In this document: piece by piece, positions 49,322 through 59,281 of the stretch | Layout: every line of letters begins with the position of its first letter | Numbering within the stretch: position 1 is the first letter of the stretch | Assembly (NCBI GenBank): GCA_947167315.1 | Contig: CAMVHP010000002.1 | Location: 1 to 63,136, forward strand | DNA: 63,136 nt | Origin: an uncultured Rickettsiales bacterium | GTDB lineage: Bacteria; Pseudomonadota; Alphaproteobacteria; Rickettsiales; UBA1997 | Direction of reading: 5' to 3' | Translations under genes and position numbers: made by a program | Notes under the pieces: model-generated | Databases searched by the model: none | Told to the model about the DNA's origin: nothing | What the model saw: the letters and a program-made list of their open reading frames with translations, nothing else

Positions 49322-50617
49322 ATGTTTAAATTATATAAGAAAATTATATTTGTCTTTACTGCTGTGCTACTATTTTCCTGTAGCAGCGATTTGGACTATT
49401 TTTTAAACAACGATAAAATAAAAGAGGGGCAATCTACCTTTTACACAGATAGTGTAATGGACGAATATACAAAAACATCAAGTGATAAGCTTAGGGTTGC
49501 GGTTTTAGTACCGCTCAGTGGACAAGTTAAGTCTGTGGGAGAGTCCATATTAAATTCAATTCAGCTTTCCCTTTTTGAGAATAACAAAAAAAACATAGTA
49601 CTAAAGGTTTATGATACAAAAGGAACAACTTTTGGTGCTGTTGAGGCTATAAACAGAGCTATTAAAGACGGCATTGACACTGTAATAGGACCGTTGTTTA
49701 GTGCAGAGACGAAAGCTATTAAAAATATAATAAAAAAACACGATCTGATTGTTTTTTCTTTGTCCAATGACGATGAACTTAAAGGAATTGATAACGTATT
49801 TGTTACCGGTTCCATTCCGGAACAGGAAATACAGACGTTAATATCCTATATGATGGAGAATGATTTTATTAACTATGTAGCCTTAATGCCGAATAGTTCA
49901 CATGGTGCGGCAATGAATAAGATATTAAGAGGAACAATTTTGAATAAGGATGGTCTGCTGATAAAAACAGAGTACTATGATCAGGACGAAAAGAATTTGA
50001 TGACAAAGATAAGCGATTTAGCTAATTTTTATGAAGTGCCTCAGACTTTATACGAAGACTATGAAAAGAAAAAAATGGAAAACAAATTGCTGGGCAACAA
50101 TGAAGAACTGGAATTTATTATACAGGAGGATGAAAAAATATATCCACAGGCCTTGTTTATACCCGATGGAGGTAAAAAAGCAGAAGAAATTGCTAATTTA
50201 CTGTTTATAAATCAGAGGAATGGTAGATATATACAACTTTTGGGTACAACAAAACTGGATGGTGATACAAACGTTTTGAATAACCCATATCTTGATAACG
50301 TTATATTTATTGGAGCAAATCCGGAAAAGTATAAGAAGTTTTATGATAGCTACGTAAAGTTATATAGAAGTGAACCGTCTAAAATAACGTCAATGACCTA
50401 TGATTTAGTTAATATTATAGATAAGGTTTACTACAGAGCTGATGGAATTTATAGCATAAATAAAAAGGAACTTTTGAATCCAAATGGTTTTGATGGTATA
50501 GATGGTAAATTTAGATTTCTGCCAAATGGAGTTGTTGAAAGAAAAATGTTTGTGTTACAACTGCAAAATAAAGAAAAGGTTGTGTTGAGTACAGATCAGG
50601 AATTTTTAAATTATTAA
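49322..50617 (+). CDS. LpoA/LppC-like lipoprotein (periplasmic-binding-protein fold, penicillin-binding protein activator family)
   Basis: Lipobox LLFSCSS. RVAVLVPLSGQVKSVGESILNSIQLS is the typical start of the LppC/Leu-Ile-Val-binding-like domain. Confidence 0.5.
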   Translation: MFKLYKKIIFVFTAVLLFSCSSDLDYFLNNDKIKEGQSTFYTDSVMDEYTKTSSDKLRVAVLVPLSGQVKSVGESILNSIQLSLFENNKKNIVLKVYDTKGTTFGAVEAINRAIKDGIDTVIGPLFSAETKAIKNIIKKHDLIVFSLSNDDELKGIDNVFVTGSIPEQEIQTLISYMMENDFINYVALMPNSSHGAAMNKILRGTILNKDGLLIKTEYYDQDEKNLMTKISDLANFYEVPQTLYEDYEKKKMENKLLGNNEELEFIIQEDEKIYPQALFIPDGGKKAEEIANLLFINQRNGRYIQLLGTTKLDGDTNVLNNPYLDNVIFIGANPEKYKKFYDSYVKLYRSEPSKITSMTYDLVNIIDKVYYRADGIYSINKKELLNPNGFDGIDGKFRFLPNGVVERKMFVLQLQNKEKVVLSTDQEFLNY

Positions 50618-50627
50618 TGGAGTAAAA

Positions 50628-51956
50628 ATGAATAAAAAAATATTTGCTTTTTTGTTTGGATTGAGCCTAGTGGCCTGCGTTCAGGAGGAAGTTGATATTG
50701 TTTACAAGGAAAACAATAATAGCATTGCCGGTGGTGATACTATAAAAAAGGACATGTTTCAGCCGAGCTATATGCGGGGAACCTATGTGAAAACGGCCAA
50801 CAATAAAATTGTAAGAGATTTAAGAAAGAATGACGTTGAAGTAGTTGAAGAAAAGGATACTGAGAATACAAACGATGTGGAAGAATTAAGTTCAAATAAA
50901 AAAGAAACTGTTAAAAATAAAAAAACGACATTTGTTAGAGTTAAGAGTGGTGATTCACTGTCTACCATAGGAGCAAGTTATAATATGTCGTTGAATGAAA
51001 TAGCGACTTTAAATAATATTAAATCTCCATACAACATATACGTTGGACAGCGACTAAAGGTATTCTCAGATGGTGATGAAACTAAAGGGGAGGTAAAGTA
51101 CAAGACTATAACAGTTGAAAGTGGTGACAATTTAATTAAAATTGCTTCTCAAAACAAGTCCACGGTTAGAGAAATTGCAACAATTAATGATATAAAACCA
51201 CCCTATAAGGTTTATACAGGTCAAAAACTGAAAGTTCCTGCCAACGACTCAGCAGAATCAGCATCTGTTGATGGTAAAACTAGTGGTACAGCTGTTTATA
51301 AATATACAGTTAAAAGTGGTGATAATTTGTATAGCATATCAAAACAGGTTGGCGTCAGTGTTAGTGATCTGATAAAGTATAATAATTTACAGAAACCATA
51401 CAGGATTTACGTCGGACAGAAACTCAACACCAAAAATACTAGTGGTGCCCAAGATAAAGCTAAAAAAACAAGCGTTAACGCTGAACCGACGAAACAAAAT
51501 GAGGAGGTTAAACAAACCAGCACAGATAAGATAAATAAAGAGGAAATAAAAAATGTTGATAAAGCCGATAAACAATCAACTAATTTGCTAAAATGGCCAG
51601 TTAAAGGTGATGTTATAAAGAGATTTGGAAAACAGGAGAATGGAGAGTACAACGATGCCATCAGTATAAAGGCGCAAAAGGGTGACAATATTGTTGCTGC
51701 CGAAAACGGTGAGGTTGCCTATACGGGAAACGAATTAAAAAATTATGGAAACATAATCATAGTTAAACATAGTAATGGTATATTGTCAATTTATGGTCAT
51801 TGTGACACCATAAATGTTAAAGTTAAAGATAAAGTCACGAAGGGACAGGTTATAGGGACAGTTGGACAAACCGGAACTGTTTCTGAACCACAGTTGTACT
51901 TTGCCGTTAGAAAAGGTAGGGTAGCAATGGATCCATTAAAGTATCTAGAAAAATAA
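50628..51956 (+). CDS. LysM-domain M23 metallopeptidase lipoprotein (NlpD-like)
   Basis: Lipobox LSLVAC. Four LysM repeats (V.SGD.L..I......S..E.A..N.I..PY.IY.GQ.LKV). C-terminal M23 domain (GNIIIVKHSNGILSIYGHCD, GQTGTVSEPQLYF). Confidence 0.85.
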   Translation: MNKKIFAFLFGLSLVACVQEEVDIVYKENNNSIAGGDTIKKDMFQPSYMRGTYVKTANNKIVRDLRKNDVEVVEEKDTENTNDVEELSSNKKETVKNKKTTFVRVKSGDSLSTIGASYNMSLNEIATLNNIKSPYNIYVGQRLKVFSDGDETKGEVKYKTITVESGDNLIKIASQNKSTVREIATINDIKPPYKVYTGQKLKVPANDSAESASVDGKTSGTAVYKYTVKSGDNLYSISKQVGVSVSDLIKYNNLQKPYRIYVGQKLNTKNTSGAQDKAKKTSVNAEPTKQNEEVKQTSTDKINKEEIKNVDKADKQSTNLLKWPVKGDVIKRFGKQENGEYNDAISIKAQKGDNIVAAENGEVAYTGNELKNYGNIIIVKHSNGILSIYGHCDTINVKVKDKVTKGQVIGTVGQTGTVSEPQLYFAVRKGRVAMDPLKYLEK

Positions 51957-51970
51957 TATAGGAGTAAGAA

Positions 51971-53014
51971 ATGAGAGCAATAACAAAAGAGGCAAAAAAC
52001 AACAATTCAAAGCTAATATATACACTGCTTGGTATTGTACTTTTTATAATACTTGCCGCCTATGTTATGGTGTGGCATGAGGTTAAGAAAACCATTATAA
52101 ATATTTTAGGTACGGATAATGCTAGATTTGAATTAAAATATGATAAAATTAAAGTTGGCGGTTTTCCATTTGTAATGAAATGTAAAATTAATAACTTAAA
52201 TGTTAAAGTGCCATACAAGAGCGGTGATTTTACAGTTAATTTTAATGAAGTTATGATTCGTAATTTAATATTCACAAAAAACGTTAATCTAAAAATCAAC
52301 AAAGAGATATTGTTTAAAAAAAATACCGAAGAGGACTATAGTGGTAAAATTGTTTTGAGTGACCACGATATAAGTTTTACCTTGAACGATTCCTACAAAA
52401 TAAATAATATGGATAGTTTTATCAAGAGTTTAACACACAAAAACATGAATGATATTGATGTTAATACTTTTAATAATTTAACATTGAAGCTTGTGTATGT
52501 TAATGACAATGATTACGAAAATAGAACACTAAGACTAAATGTTGATGAAATTAAAAGTATCTCCAATAATGGCAAAGGTAAACCCCTAGAAGCTAATTTT
52601 GAATTTATTTTTTCTAGCATATATGAACTTGATGGCGGTAATCCAACTGTCATAAGAAACGTTGTTGATACGTTTAATTTTAACGATGTCACCAATAATT
52701 ACTCTATAAATTTAGATGGTGAATATAAAGTAACCTACTATAGCAGAAGTGCGGAAATGAATTTCAATGCTAGCGTAATAAACTATAATTATCTTGTTTC
52801 TGCGGTTAATAAGGACGCCGATTTTATATTTGGTAAAGATTCAATGTTAAAATTGGTACAAATTCTTGAATTGGCACCGGCTAATGAAAAGGATACAAGA
52901 AACAACAAATTTTACAGTCTAAAAGGTAGTAGCTTAAGTAAGAAGTTCTTTATAAATGACGTTGACATTAACGAACTGGTACAAAAATTAGTTTTTAAAA
53001 ATGAACTTAATTGA
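51971..53014 (+). CDS. hypothetical membrane-anchored protein
   Basis: 347-aa ORF with an N-terminal TM segment (LIYTLLGIVLFIILAAYVMVW). It overlaps prmC by 14 nt. No motif recognised. Confidence 0.5.
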   Translation: MRAITKEAKNNNSKLIYTLLGIVLFIILAAYVMVWHEVKKTIINILGTDNARFELKYDKIKVGGFPFVMKCKINNLNVKVPYKSGDFTVNFNEVMIRNLIFTKNVNLKINKEILFKKNTEEDYSGKIVLSDHDISFTLNDSYKINNMDSFIKSLTHKNMNDIDVNTFNNLTLKLVYVNDNDYENRTLRLNVDEIKSISNNGKGKPLEANFEFIFSSIYELDGGNPTVIRNVVDTFNFNDVTNNYSINLDGEYKVTYYSRSAEMNFNASVINYNYLVSAVNKDADFIFGKDSMLKLVQILELAPANEKDTRNNKFYSLKGSSLSKKFFINDVDINELVQKLVFKNELN

Positions 53015-53846
53015 TGCTATAAATAAATATGCAAAAATACTAGAAACTAATGAAACCATTGAAACACCACTGCTGGATTGCAAGTTACTTTTATGTCATG
53101 TATTAAATATAGGTTTAAAAGATCTTTATTTAAAATATAGCGCTGAATTTGTGGAGGAAAACAAGTTAAATCAGCTTGTGCAGAGACGTCTAAAAAATGA
53201 ACCAATATCAAAAATATTGAATAGGAAGTCGTTTTGGGACTATGACTTTTATGTAAATGGCGATGTTTTAGATCCAAGACCCGATACGGAAAATATAGTG
53301 GAACTTGTACTTGAAGAATACAGAGAAAATGAGAAGTTGAATATTTTGGACTTGGGTACCGGTAGCGGTTGTTTAATTTTGACGTTCCTAAAAATATTCG
53401 GTAACTCTAGAGGTGTTGCTGTTGATATTAATGAAAAATCTCTCAATGTTGCAAGAGCTAACGCAGAAAAACTTAATGTTAATAACATTGATTTTGTGCA
53501 GTCAAATTGGAATGATGATGTTGATGGAAAATGTGACATAATTGTTTCAAATCCTCCCTACATAAGAACCGGTGACATAAACACACTTGCGGATGATGTT
53601 AAAAACTTTGATCCGTTGTTGGCGTTGGACGGTGGTGATGATGGACTAAATTGCTACAGGTATATAGCAAAAAATATTGCTAAAAATTGTAAATTTAACA
53701 CAAAAATATTTTTAGAAATAGGACAGGGGCAAGAAGGCGATGTAACAAATATTTTTGTTGAAAACGGGTTTGTGTTACACAGGACTAAAAAAGATTTAAA
53801 TGGCATTGTTAGAGTTTTGAGTTTTATTGTTGGTAAGGGTAAGTGA
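53001..53846 (+). CDS. prmC: peptide chain release factor N5-glutamine methyltransferase
   Basis: LDLGTGSGC (SAM motif), IVSNPPY (NPPY catalytic motif), ALDGG.DGL. Confidence 0.88.
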   Translation: MNLIDAINKYAKILETNETIETPLLDCKLLLCHVLNIGLKDLYLKYSAEFVEENKLNQLVQRRLKNEPISKILNRKSFWDYDFYVNGDVLDPRPDTENIVELVLEEYRENEKLNILDLGTGSGCLILTFLKIFGNSRGVAVDINEKSLNVARANAEKLNVNNIDFVQSNWNDDVDGKCDIIVSNPPYIRTGDINTLADDVKNFDPLLALDGGDDGLNCYRYIAKNIAKNCKFNTKIFLEIGQGQEGDVTNIFVENGFVLHRTKKDLNGIVRVLSFIVGKGK

Positions 53847-53847
53847 T

Positions 53848-54663
53848 ATGTTAACAACGTCGGAGATAATAAAAAAATATAATTTATACACAAAGAAATC
53901 TTTTGGACAAAATTTTTTAACAAATCCTGAATTACTAACAAAAATAGTTAATTGTGCGGGTGGAGTGGAAAATAAAAACATACTAGAAATAGGAACTGGT
54001 CCCGGTGGGTTGACTGCAGCGATATTGAAGCAAAATCCAAAAAAACTTATAACCGTTGATGCTGATGAAAGATGTGTTAAAATAGCAAATAGTGAATTGA
54101 AACCATATTTTTCAAACCTTGAACCAATTTATGCAGATGCCCTGAATATTGATGAGGGTAAAATGTTTGGTGGTAAATTTAAAATAATAGCTAATTTACC
54201 CTATAATATAGGAACAACATTACTTTTTAAGTGGCTAAATGGTGATGTTAAACAAATAGAAAGTATAACTTTGTTGCTACAAAAAGAGGTTGTGGATAGA
54301 ATTGTGGCTAAAAGTAATAGTAAAGATTATTGTAAATTATCCATTATGTGTCAATATATCTGTAATGTCAAAAAATGTTTTGATATTTCACCGTCTGCAT
54401 TTTTACCACCGCCGAAGGTTACATCTTCGGTTGTTAGCCTAATTCCTAAGGAAAATATAGATTTAACATTGACGCCTAAATTGTCAAGTTTGTGTGCCAT
54501 TTTATTTAACCAGAGAAGAAAAACAGTTTTAAATAATTTAAAAACCGCCTATGCTGATGCTGAAGATATTCTACAAAAAAGTGGTATAAATTGCAGTTGT
54601 CGGGCAGAAAACTTGTCCATTGACGATTTTTTAAGGATATTAAAACAGACGAATAACAAATAG
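53848..54663 (+). CDS. rsmA: 16S rRNA (adenine1518/1519-N6)-dimethyltransferase
   Basis: KKSFGQNFL, LEIGTGPGGLT, ANLPYNI. ATG 53848 lies 2 nt after the prmC stop. Confidence 0.9.
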   Translation: MLTTSEIIKKYNLYTKKSFGQNFLTNPELLTKIVNCAGGVENKNILEIGTGPGGLTAAILKQNPKKLITVDADERCVKIANSELKPYFSNLEPIYADALNIDEGKMFGGKFKIIANLPYNIGTTLLFKWLNGDVKQIESITLLLQKEVVDRIVAKSNSKDYCKLSIMCQYICNVKKCFDISPSAFLPPPKVTSSVVSLIPKENIDLTLTPKLSSLCAILFNQRRKTVLNNLKTAYADAEDILQKSGINCSCRAENLSIDDFLRILKQTNNK

Positions 54664-54720
54664 TCTTGATTTTTACAATAGGTAACATACAATAAAATCA
54701 AATTTATCAAATTTTTGTAT

Positions 54721-55665
54721 ATGAAAACAGCAATAGTTTTTCCAGGGCAGGGTAGCCAAAGTGTTGGTATGGCAAAAGATTTTTATGACAATTTTAGTGT
54801 TGCAAAAAATGTATTTGAAGAAGTTAACGATACGCTAAAAAAAGATTTAACAAAAATAATGTTTGAGGGACCGGAGGATGTTTTAACGGATACGGCAAAC
54901 GCTCAGCCGGCAATAATGACAGCATCTGTGGCAATTTTGGAAGTTATAAAACAAGAAAGTGGTTTAGATATTGAACGATTGTGTGATTGTATGGCCGGAC
55001 ACTCTTTGGGTGAATATACGGCATTGTGTGCCAGTAAATCGATAACATTATCAGATACAGCAAAACTTTTAAAAATAAGAGGAGAATCCTTTTCCGAAGC
55101 TGGGAGAATTTCTAAAGGTTTAATGGCTACAATAATTGGTTGTTCTCTAGATGAAGTTAAAAATATAGTTGAAAGGGCAAAACTTGATGGCGAGGTTTTG
55201 GAAATAGCTAACGACAATATGGTTGGTCAAACCGTCATAAGTGGTAATGTTAATTCAATTGATAATGCTATAAAAATAGCAAACGAAATGGGTGTCAAAA
55301 AAACTATAAAGTTGCAGGTGAGTGGTGCATTTCATTCTAGTCTGATGGAACCAGCAACCGAAAATATGAAAACGGCATTAAATAATGTTGAAATTAATAA
55401 ACCTGTTGTTGATATTTTTGCTAATTACACAGCCGAAGTTGAACAACAGGATAATATTAAGGATAATTTATTAAAACAAATAACTGGACGTGTTAGATGG
55501 AGAGAAACCGTAGACAATATAAAAAATAGTGGTGTTGATAGATTTGTTGAGATTGGTGCAAGCGTTGTTATGAAGAAAATGATTTCAAGAATGTATCCGG
55601 ATGCTGATGTTATGTCTGTAAATTCTGTTGATACACTAAAAGAATTTATCGAAAAGATTAAGTAA
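54721..55665 (+). CDS. fabD: malonyl CoA-ACP transacylase
   Basis: FPGQGSQ, GHSLGEY (active-site Ser), VSGAFHS. Confidence 0.92.
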   Translation: MKTAIVFPGQGSQSVGMAKDFYDNFSVAKNVFEEVNDTLKKDLTKIMFEGPEDVLTDTANAQPAIMTASVAILEVIKQESGLDIERLCDCMAGHSLGEYTALCASKSITLSDTAKLLKIRGESFSEAGRISKGLMATIIGCSLDEVKNIVERAKLDGEVLEIANDNMVGQTVISGNVNSIDNAIKIANEMGVKKTIKLQVSGAFHSSLMEPATENMKTALNNVEINKPVVDIFANYTAEVEQQDNIKDNLLKQITGRVRWRETVDNIKNSGVDRFVEIGASVVMKKMISRMYPDADVMSVNSVDTLKEFIEKIK

Positions 55666-56046
55666 ATGAAACTATTACATGTAAAAAGTAGAAGAGATTT
55701 TTTAAGGATACAGAATAGTCCGGAGGGTAAAGATAGTTGTGAACATTTTTTACTGTTGTACAGAAAAACATCGGATAAACATGTGGAAGATACATCTAGA
55801 ATTGGTATTGTTGTTACAAAAAAAATAGATAAAAGAGCTGTGATTAGGAACCACATAAAGAGACAGATTAGAGAAATTTGTGGAGATTTGTTTAAAAATA
55901 GCAATGAATTGTTTCTTAAGAATTATGACTATGAAATAATTGCTAAGAGAAACATATTGGGTTGCAAATTTATTGATTTAAAACAAAATTTTATTAAAAT
56001 ATTAACAAAACTATTGGAACAAAATGGACGAAACAGTTATAACTAA
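55666..56046 (+). CDS. rnpA: ribonuclease P protein component
   Basis: 126 aa, basic. RIGIVVTKKIDKRAVIRNHIKRQIRE is the RNR-motif region of RnpA. ATG directly follows the fabD stop. Confidence 0.75.
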   Translation: MKLLHVKSRRDFLRIQNSPEGKDSCEHFLLLYRKTSDKHVEDTSRIGIVVTKKIDKRAVIRNHIKRQIREICGDLFKNSNELFLKNYDYEIIAKRNILGCKFIDLKQNFIKILTKLLEQNGRNSYN

Positions 56047-56842
56047 AATATTATCTTTCTTAGAAGAGGCTGGAAAAATAGCAATGGATTACCAGAAACA
56101 TCTATCAATAGCAAATTGGAAGCACGACTCTAGCATTGTTACAGAGGCTGATTTAACCATCAGTAAAATTTTTAGTGAAAAGTTTAAAGATTATATGAAG
56201 TTAAACAATCATACGCTTTTGGATGAAGAAAATTTACCAAGTATTAAAGAATTTTTTGATGATAAAAATGAATTTTTATGGACTTTAGATCCGGTTGATG
56301 GCACCACAACATACTATAATGGTCTGGATCTTTGGTCTATAGGTTTAAGTGTTTATAGAAATTTTGAACCATATTTGGGTTTTATTTATGTACCATCCAT
56401 TGGAGAATTGGTGTATACAGATGGCAAAAATAGCTATTATATAAAAAATGCTTTTGGCAAAAATGAAGTTAAATTTAAATTGTCAACGCCGGATAGGGAG
56501 TTAACCAAGAAAAGTATAATACTACAGCACAGATTGAAAAATTATGATATAGATAAATTTGTTGTGCTGGACCTATACTCGTCATACTTGTTAGGATTTT
56601 ATACTATAATAGGTAAAAGTTTGGCAACGTTTTTCAATAGACCAATGAAATTATGGGATATATCAGCTACACTGGCAATTGTAAAAAACATTGGTATGGT
56701 ATTTAGAAATATAAAAGATGATAGTGATATTAATTCTCTAAAGGATATAGAAATTGATGATAATTGGTATTTGAAGAATACCTATATGATTTCCAATGAG
56801 AAACTATACAAAAGTATAAAAGATGAATTGATTCTGAAGTAA
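56024..56842 (+). CDS. inositol monophosphatase family protein (SuhB-like)
   Basis: TEADL, WTLDPVDGTTTY and WDISA are the IMPase metal-binding motifs. It overlaps rnpA by 23 nt. Confidence 0.8.
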   Translation: MDETVITKILSFLEEAGKIAMDYQKHLSIANWKHDSSIVTEADLTISKIFSEKFKDYMKLNNHTLLDEENLPSIKEFFDDKNEFLWTLDPVDGTTTYYNGLDLWSIGLSVYRNFEPYLGFIYVPSIGELVYTDGKNSYYIKNAFGKNEVKFKLSTPDRELTKKSIILQHRLKNYDIDKFVVLDLYSSYLLGFYTIIGKSLATFFNRPMKLWDISATLAIVKNIGMVFRNIKDDSDINSLKDIEIDDNWYLKNTYMISNEKLYKSIKDELILK

Positions 56843-56846
56843 ATGA

Positions 56847-58253
56847 TTAAATTCTTCTTAATCTGAATTCTCTTTTTGTTTTAACTCTGTTTTCAATCCA
56901 ATTTAAGAATTGGCTTATGGAATCCACCTGATCGTCATGTTTTCCAACCGGAAAGGAGATTAATTCATACTCCAAATCAAATAACCAGTTAGCATTTTCT
57001 CTAATTAGTATTCTTTCACTTTCAAAAATCGGTGTAACGCTGGCGAATCTGGTGATTTTGTCTTTAGTAACTTTTATTGCTATAATATTGTATTGTTCCT
57101 TCTTTAGATCCTGTATCAAAGATTGACCGCTGGCTTTATCTTCGATTAATACTGCCATAGGTTTCCATCTATTAATTAACTCCAACGATTTTCTTTTTAG
57201 TTCTGGGTATTCTAGCCAATCTCTATATAGATCAACCAAATAGTATTTATTGTTGTAAATACCCCATACAGTACATACCGTAGGGTCATTATTTATTCCA
57301 GTTTTTATAGCAGTATCAAAGCTTAGATATATATTTTCAAATGTTACATCATCATTAAAATATTTTAGCCATTGCTGTTTAAATATGCCGTAGTCTAATA
57401 ACATTGGTTTTTGTTGATATTGTGCATTAAAGGTGTATATACCCATGTCTTTTTTTATTTTTTCAATTTCCTTAAATCCTTCTCTCTTTTCAAATAACAG
57501 TTCACCTTTATTTATGTGTTTATGAAAATTACCAACTTTTATATCGCAACCATCTTCAAAAATAATTGGTAAATTTAAATGGAACCAACCATCACCATCT
57601 TTATTTAATAAATATCCGCTTAAATCGTCTTGGTGTAGCCTTTGCACAACTATAATTATGGCTCCATTTTTCTTATCATTTAAACGACTGCTAAAGGTGT
57701 TACTGTACCAGTCCAAAACTTTTTGTCTGTATTTATGATTTAAGACCTGTTGTGGATTATGCGGATCATCCACTATCAATATATCTCCGCCTTCGCCGGT
57801 TAATGTTCCACCTATTGATGTGGCAAATCTATAACCATTTTTTGTGGTGGAAAATTTGTATTTTTCATTTTGACTTTTGCTTAAAATACAATCGGTAAAT
57901 ATATTTTTAAACCACTCGCTTTCCATAATTATTCTACAATCGGTTGAATGTTTTATTGTTAATTTTTCACTGTAGCTAGCAACTATTATTCTTTTTTCTG
58001 GATTTTTACCCAATATCCATGCCGGAAATGCGACGCTAACACACATGGATTTTAAGTATCTTGGAGGCATGTTTATTATTAATCTTTTTATGTTACCGTT
58101 GTAAATCTCTTCCAATGTTGTTGTTATAGCGTCTATATGCCAATTGTGTAGATATTCACAACCGCAGTTGACTATATGAAAACTTCTTTGTGTAAAGTAT
58201 GATAAACTATTGCTGTATATTTTTCTCTTTAAATTCAGTATACTGTTATTCAT
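56847..58253 (-). CDS. phage terminase large subunit (TerL; GTA/prophage-type), orphan
   Basis: 468 aa, uninterrupted. NMPPRYLKS (Walker A-like, cf. PPRHGKS), ILIVDDPH (Walker B). C-terminal RNaseH-like nuclease motifs: SFDTA, LIEDKASG, HDDQVDS. Confidence 0.8.
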   Translation of the reverse strand: MNNSILNLKRKIYSNSLSYFTQRSFHIVNCGCEYLHNWHIDAITTTLEEIYNGNIKRLIINMPPRYLKSMCVSVAFPAWILGKNPEKRIIVASYSEKLTIKHSTDCRIIMESEWFKNIFTDCILSKSQNEKYKFSTTKNGYRFATSIGGTLTGEGGDILIVDDPHNPQQVLNHKYRQKVLDWYSNTFSSRLNDKKNGAIIIVVQRLHQDDLSGYLLNKDGDGWFHLNLPIIFEDGCDIKVGNFHKHINKGELLFEKREGFKEIEKIKKDMGIYTFNAQYQQKPMLLDYGIFKQQWLKYFNDDVTFENIYLSFDTAIKTGINNDPTVCTVWGIYNNKYYLVDLYRDWLEYPELKRKSLELINRWKPMAVLIEDKASGQSLIQDLKKEQYNIIAIKVTKDKITRFASVTPIFESERILIRENANWLFDLEYELISFPVGKHDDQVDSISQFLNWIENRVKTKREFRLRRI

Positions 58254-58327
58254 TTTTATTTATTTTATCAGAAGTAACCATAAAATAAAATGTAAAAAGA
58301 TCAATAACAGTACATTACTATTGCAAA

Positions 58328-58366
58328 ATAAAAAAATATTGGAGAAATAAACTCCAATATTTTTTA
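58328..58366 (-). terminator. Rho-independent terminator after rplT
   Basis: ATATTGGAG (58336-58344) pairs with CTCCAATAT (58352-58360) around a 7-nt loop, with A/T runs on both sides. It lies 29 nt past the rplT stop. Confidence 0.65.
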
Positions 58367-58388
58367 TAAAATTATGAAATATATTATA

Positions 58389-58742
58389 TTATCCGTTAGC
58401 TTTAACTGTATTTACCAATTCTTCAAAGCTTTTTGGTTCGTTTATAGCCATTTCAGAAAGCATTTTTCTGTCTATAACTATATTTAATTTTATTAGACCA
58501 TTCATAAATTTAGAGTAGGTTAAACCAAATTGTCTAACACCAGCATTAATTCTCTGAATCCATAGAGATCTGAAGTCCCTTTTTCTAACTTTTCTATCTC
58601 TGTATGCATAGGTTAAAGCTCTTTCACCTCTTTCTTTGGATATTCTCAAACAATTGTTTGCTCTTCCTCTGAAACCCTTCGTAATCTTAAGAACTTTCTT
58701 TTTTCTTGCTTTTGCAGCAACATTATTAGTCGATCTAGTCAT
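58389..58742 (-). CDS. rplT: 50S ribosomal protein L20
   Basis: KARKKKVLKITKGFRGR...AYRDRKVRKRDFRSLWIQRINA is collinear with L20. Confidence 0.95.
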   Translation of the reverse strand: MTRSTNNVAAKARKKKVLKITKGFRGRANNCLRISKERGERALTYAYRDRKVRKRDFRSLWIQRINAGVRQFGLTYSKFMNGLIKLNIVIDRKMLSEMAINEPKSFEELVNTVKANG

Positions 58743-58753
58743 ATCTAACCTCT

Positions 58754-58969
58754 CTATTGTTTTCTTAGTTTTTTGAAGTAAACTAAGAACTTTTTAAAGA
58801 TAGTCTTACTACCGCCGGTCATTTCACCTTGTTTTCTTTTATCTCTTATTTGCTGTTTACTTCTCTTTGTCATACCGTGATTTTTCCCGGTATGTTTAAA
58901 CAAAATCTTTCCTGTACCGGAAATCTTAAATCTTCCCTTACTGGTACTATTACTTTTAATTTTTGGCAT
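58754..58969 (-). CDS. rpmI: 50S ribosomal protein L35
   Basis: MPKIKSNSTSKGRFKISGTGKILFKHTGKNHGMTKRS matches the L35 pattern (MPK.K......RFK.T..GK......GK.H). Directly upstream of rplT. Confidence 0.9.
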   Translation of the reverse strand: MPKIKSNSTSKGRFKISGTGKILFKHTGKNHGMTKRSKQQIRDKRKQGEMTGGSKTIFKKFLVYFKKLRKQ

Positions 58970-58997
58970 TTTTTAAAACCTTATTAGATTATTTGTC

Positions 58998-59073
58998 TGG
59001 TGGGACAGGTAGGATTTGAACCTACGACCAAGACGTTATGAGCATCCTGCTCTGACCCCTGAGCTACTGTCCC
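58998..59073 (-). tRNA. tRNA with CAT anticodon (elongator Met or lysidine-modified Ile2)
   Basis: The reverse complement GGGACAGTAGCTCAGGGGTCAGAGCAGGATGCTCATAACGTCTTGGTCGTAGGTTCAAATCCTACCTGTCCCACCA folds as a cloverleaf. Anticodon loop CTCATAA. It has a G1-C72 pair and no GGG/CCC run in the anticodon stem, so it is not initiator-like. Confidence 0.85.
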
Positions 59074-59281
59074 TTTTACCAGAGAAATTATATAATCGTA
59101 TGTTTTTATTGTCAAGAAAAATTATTGAAATTTAACAGGTTTATGAAAAACTTACCGCATTATAGAATAATTATTAAATTTAATTTTTGAAAATAAAATA
59201 AGTGTGGTTAATAATTTACCATTTACCGGTTGCTTTTTCCAAACAATAATATATCATGAAGGCGGTTAATAAGAGGTAATT

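Noticed and set aside
58998-59073. tRNA-CAT as the initiator tRNA-fMet.
   Set aside because: It has a paired G1-C72 end and lacks the three consecutive G-C pairs at the bottom of the anticodon stem, so it is not initiator-like. Met and Ile2 cannot be separated by eye.
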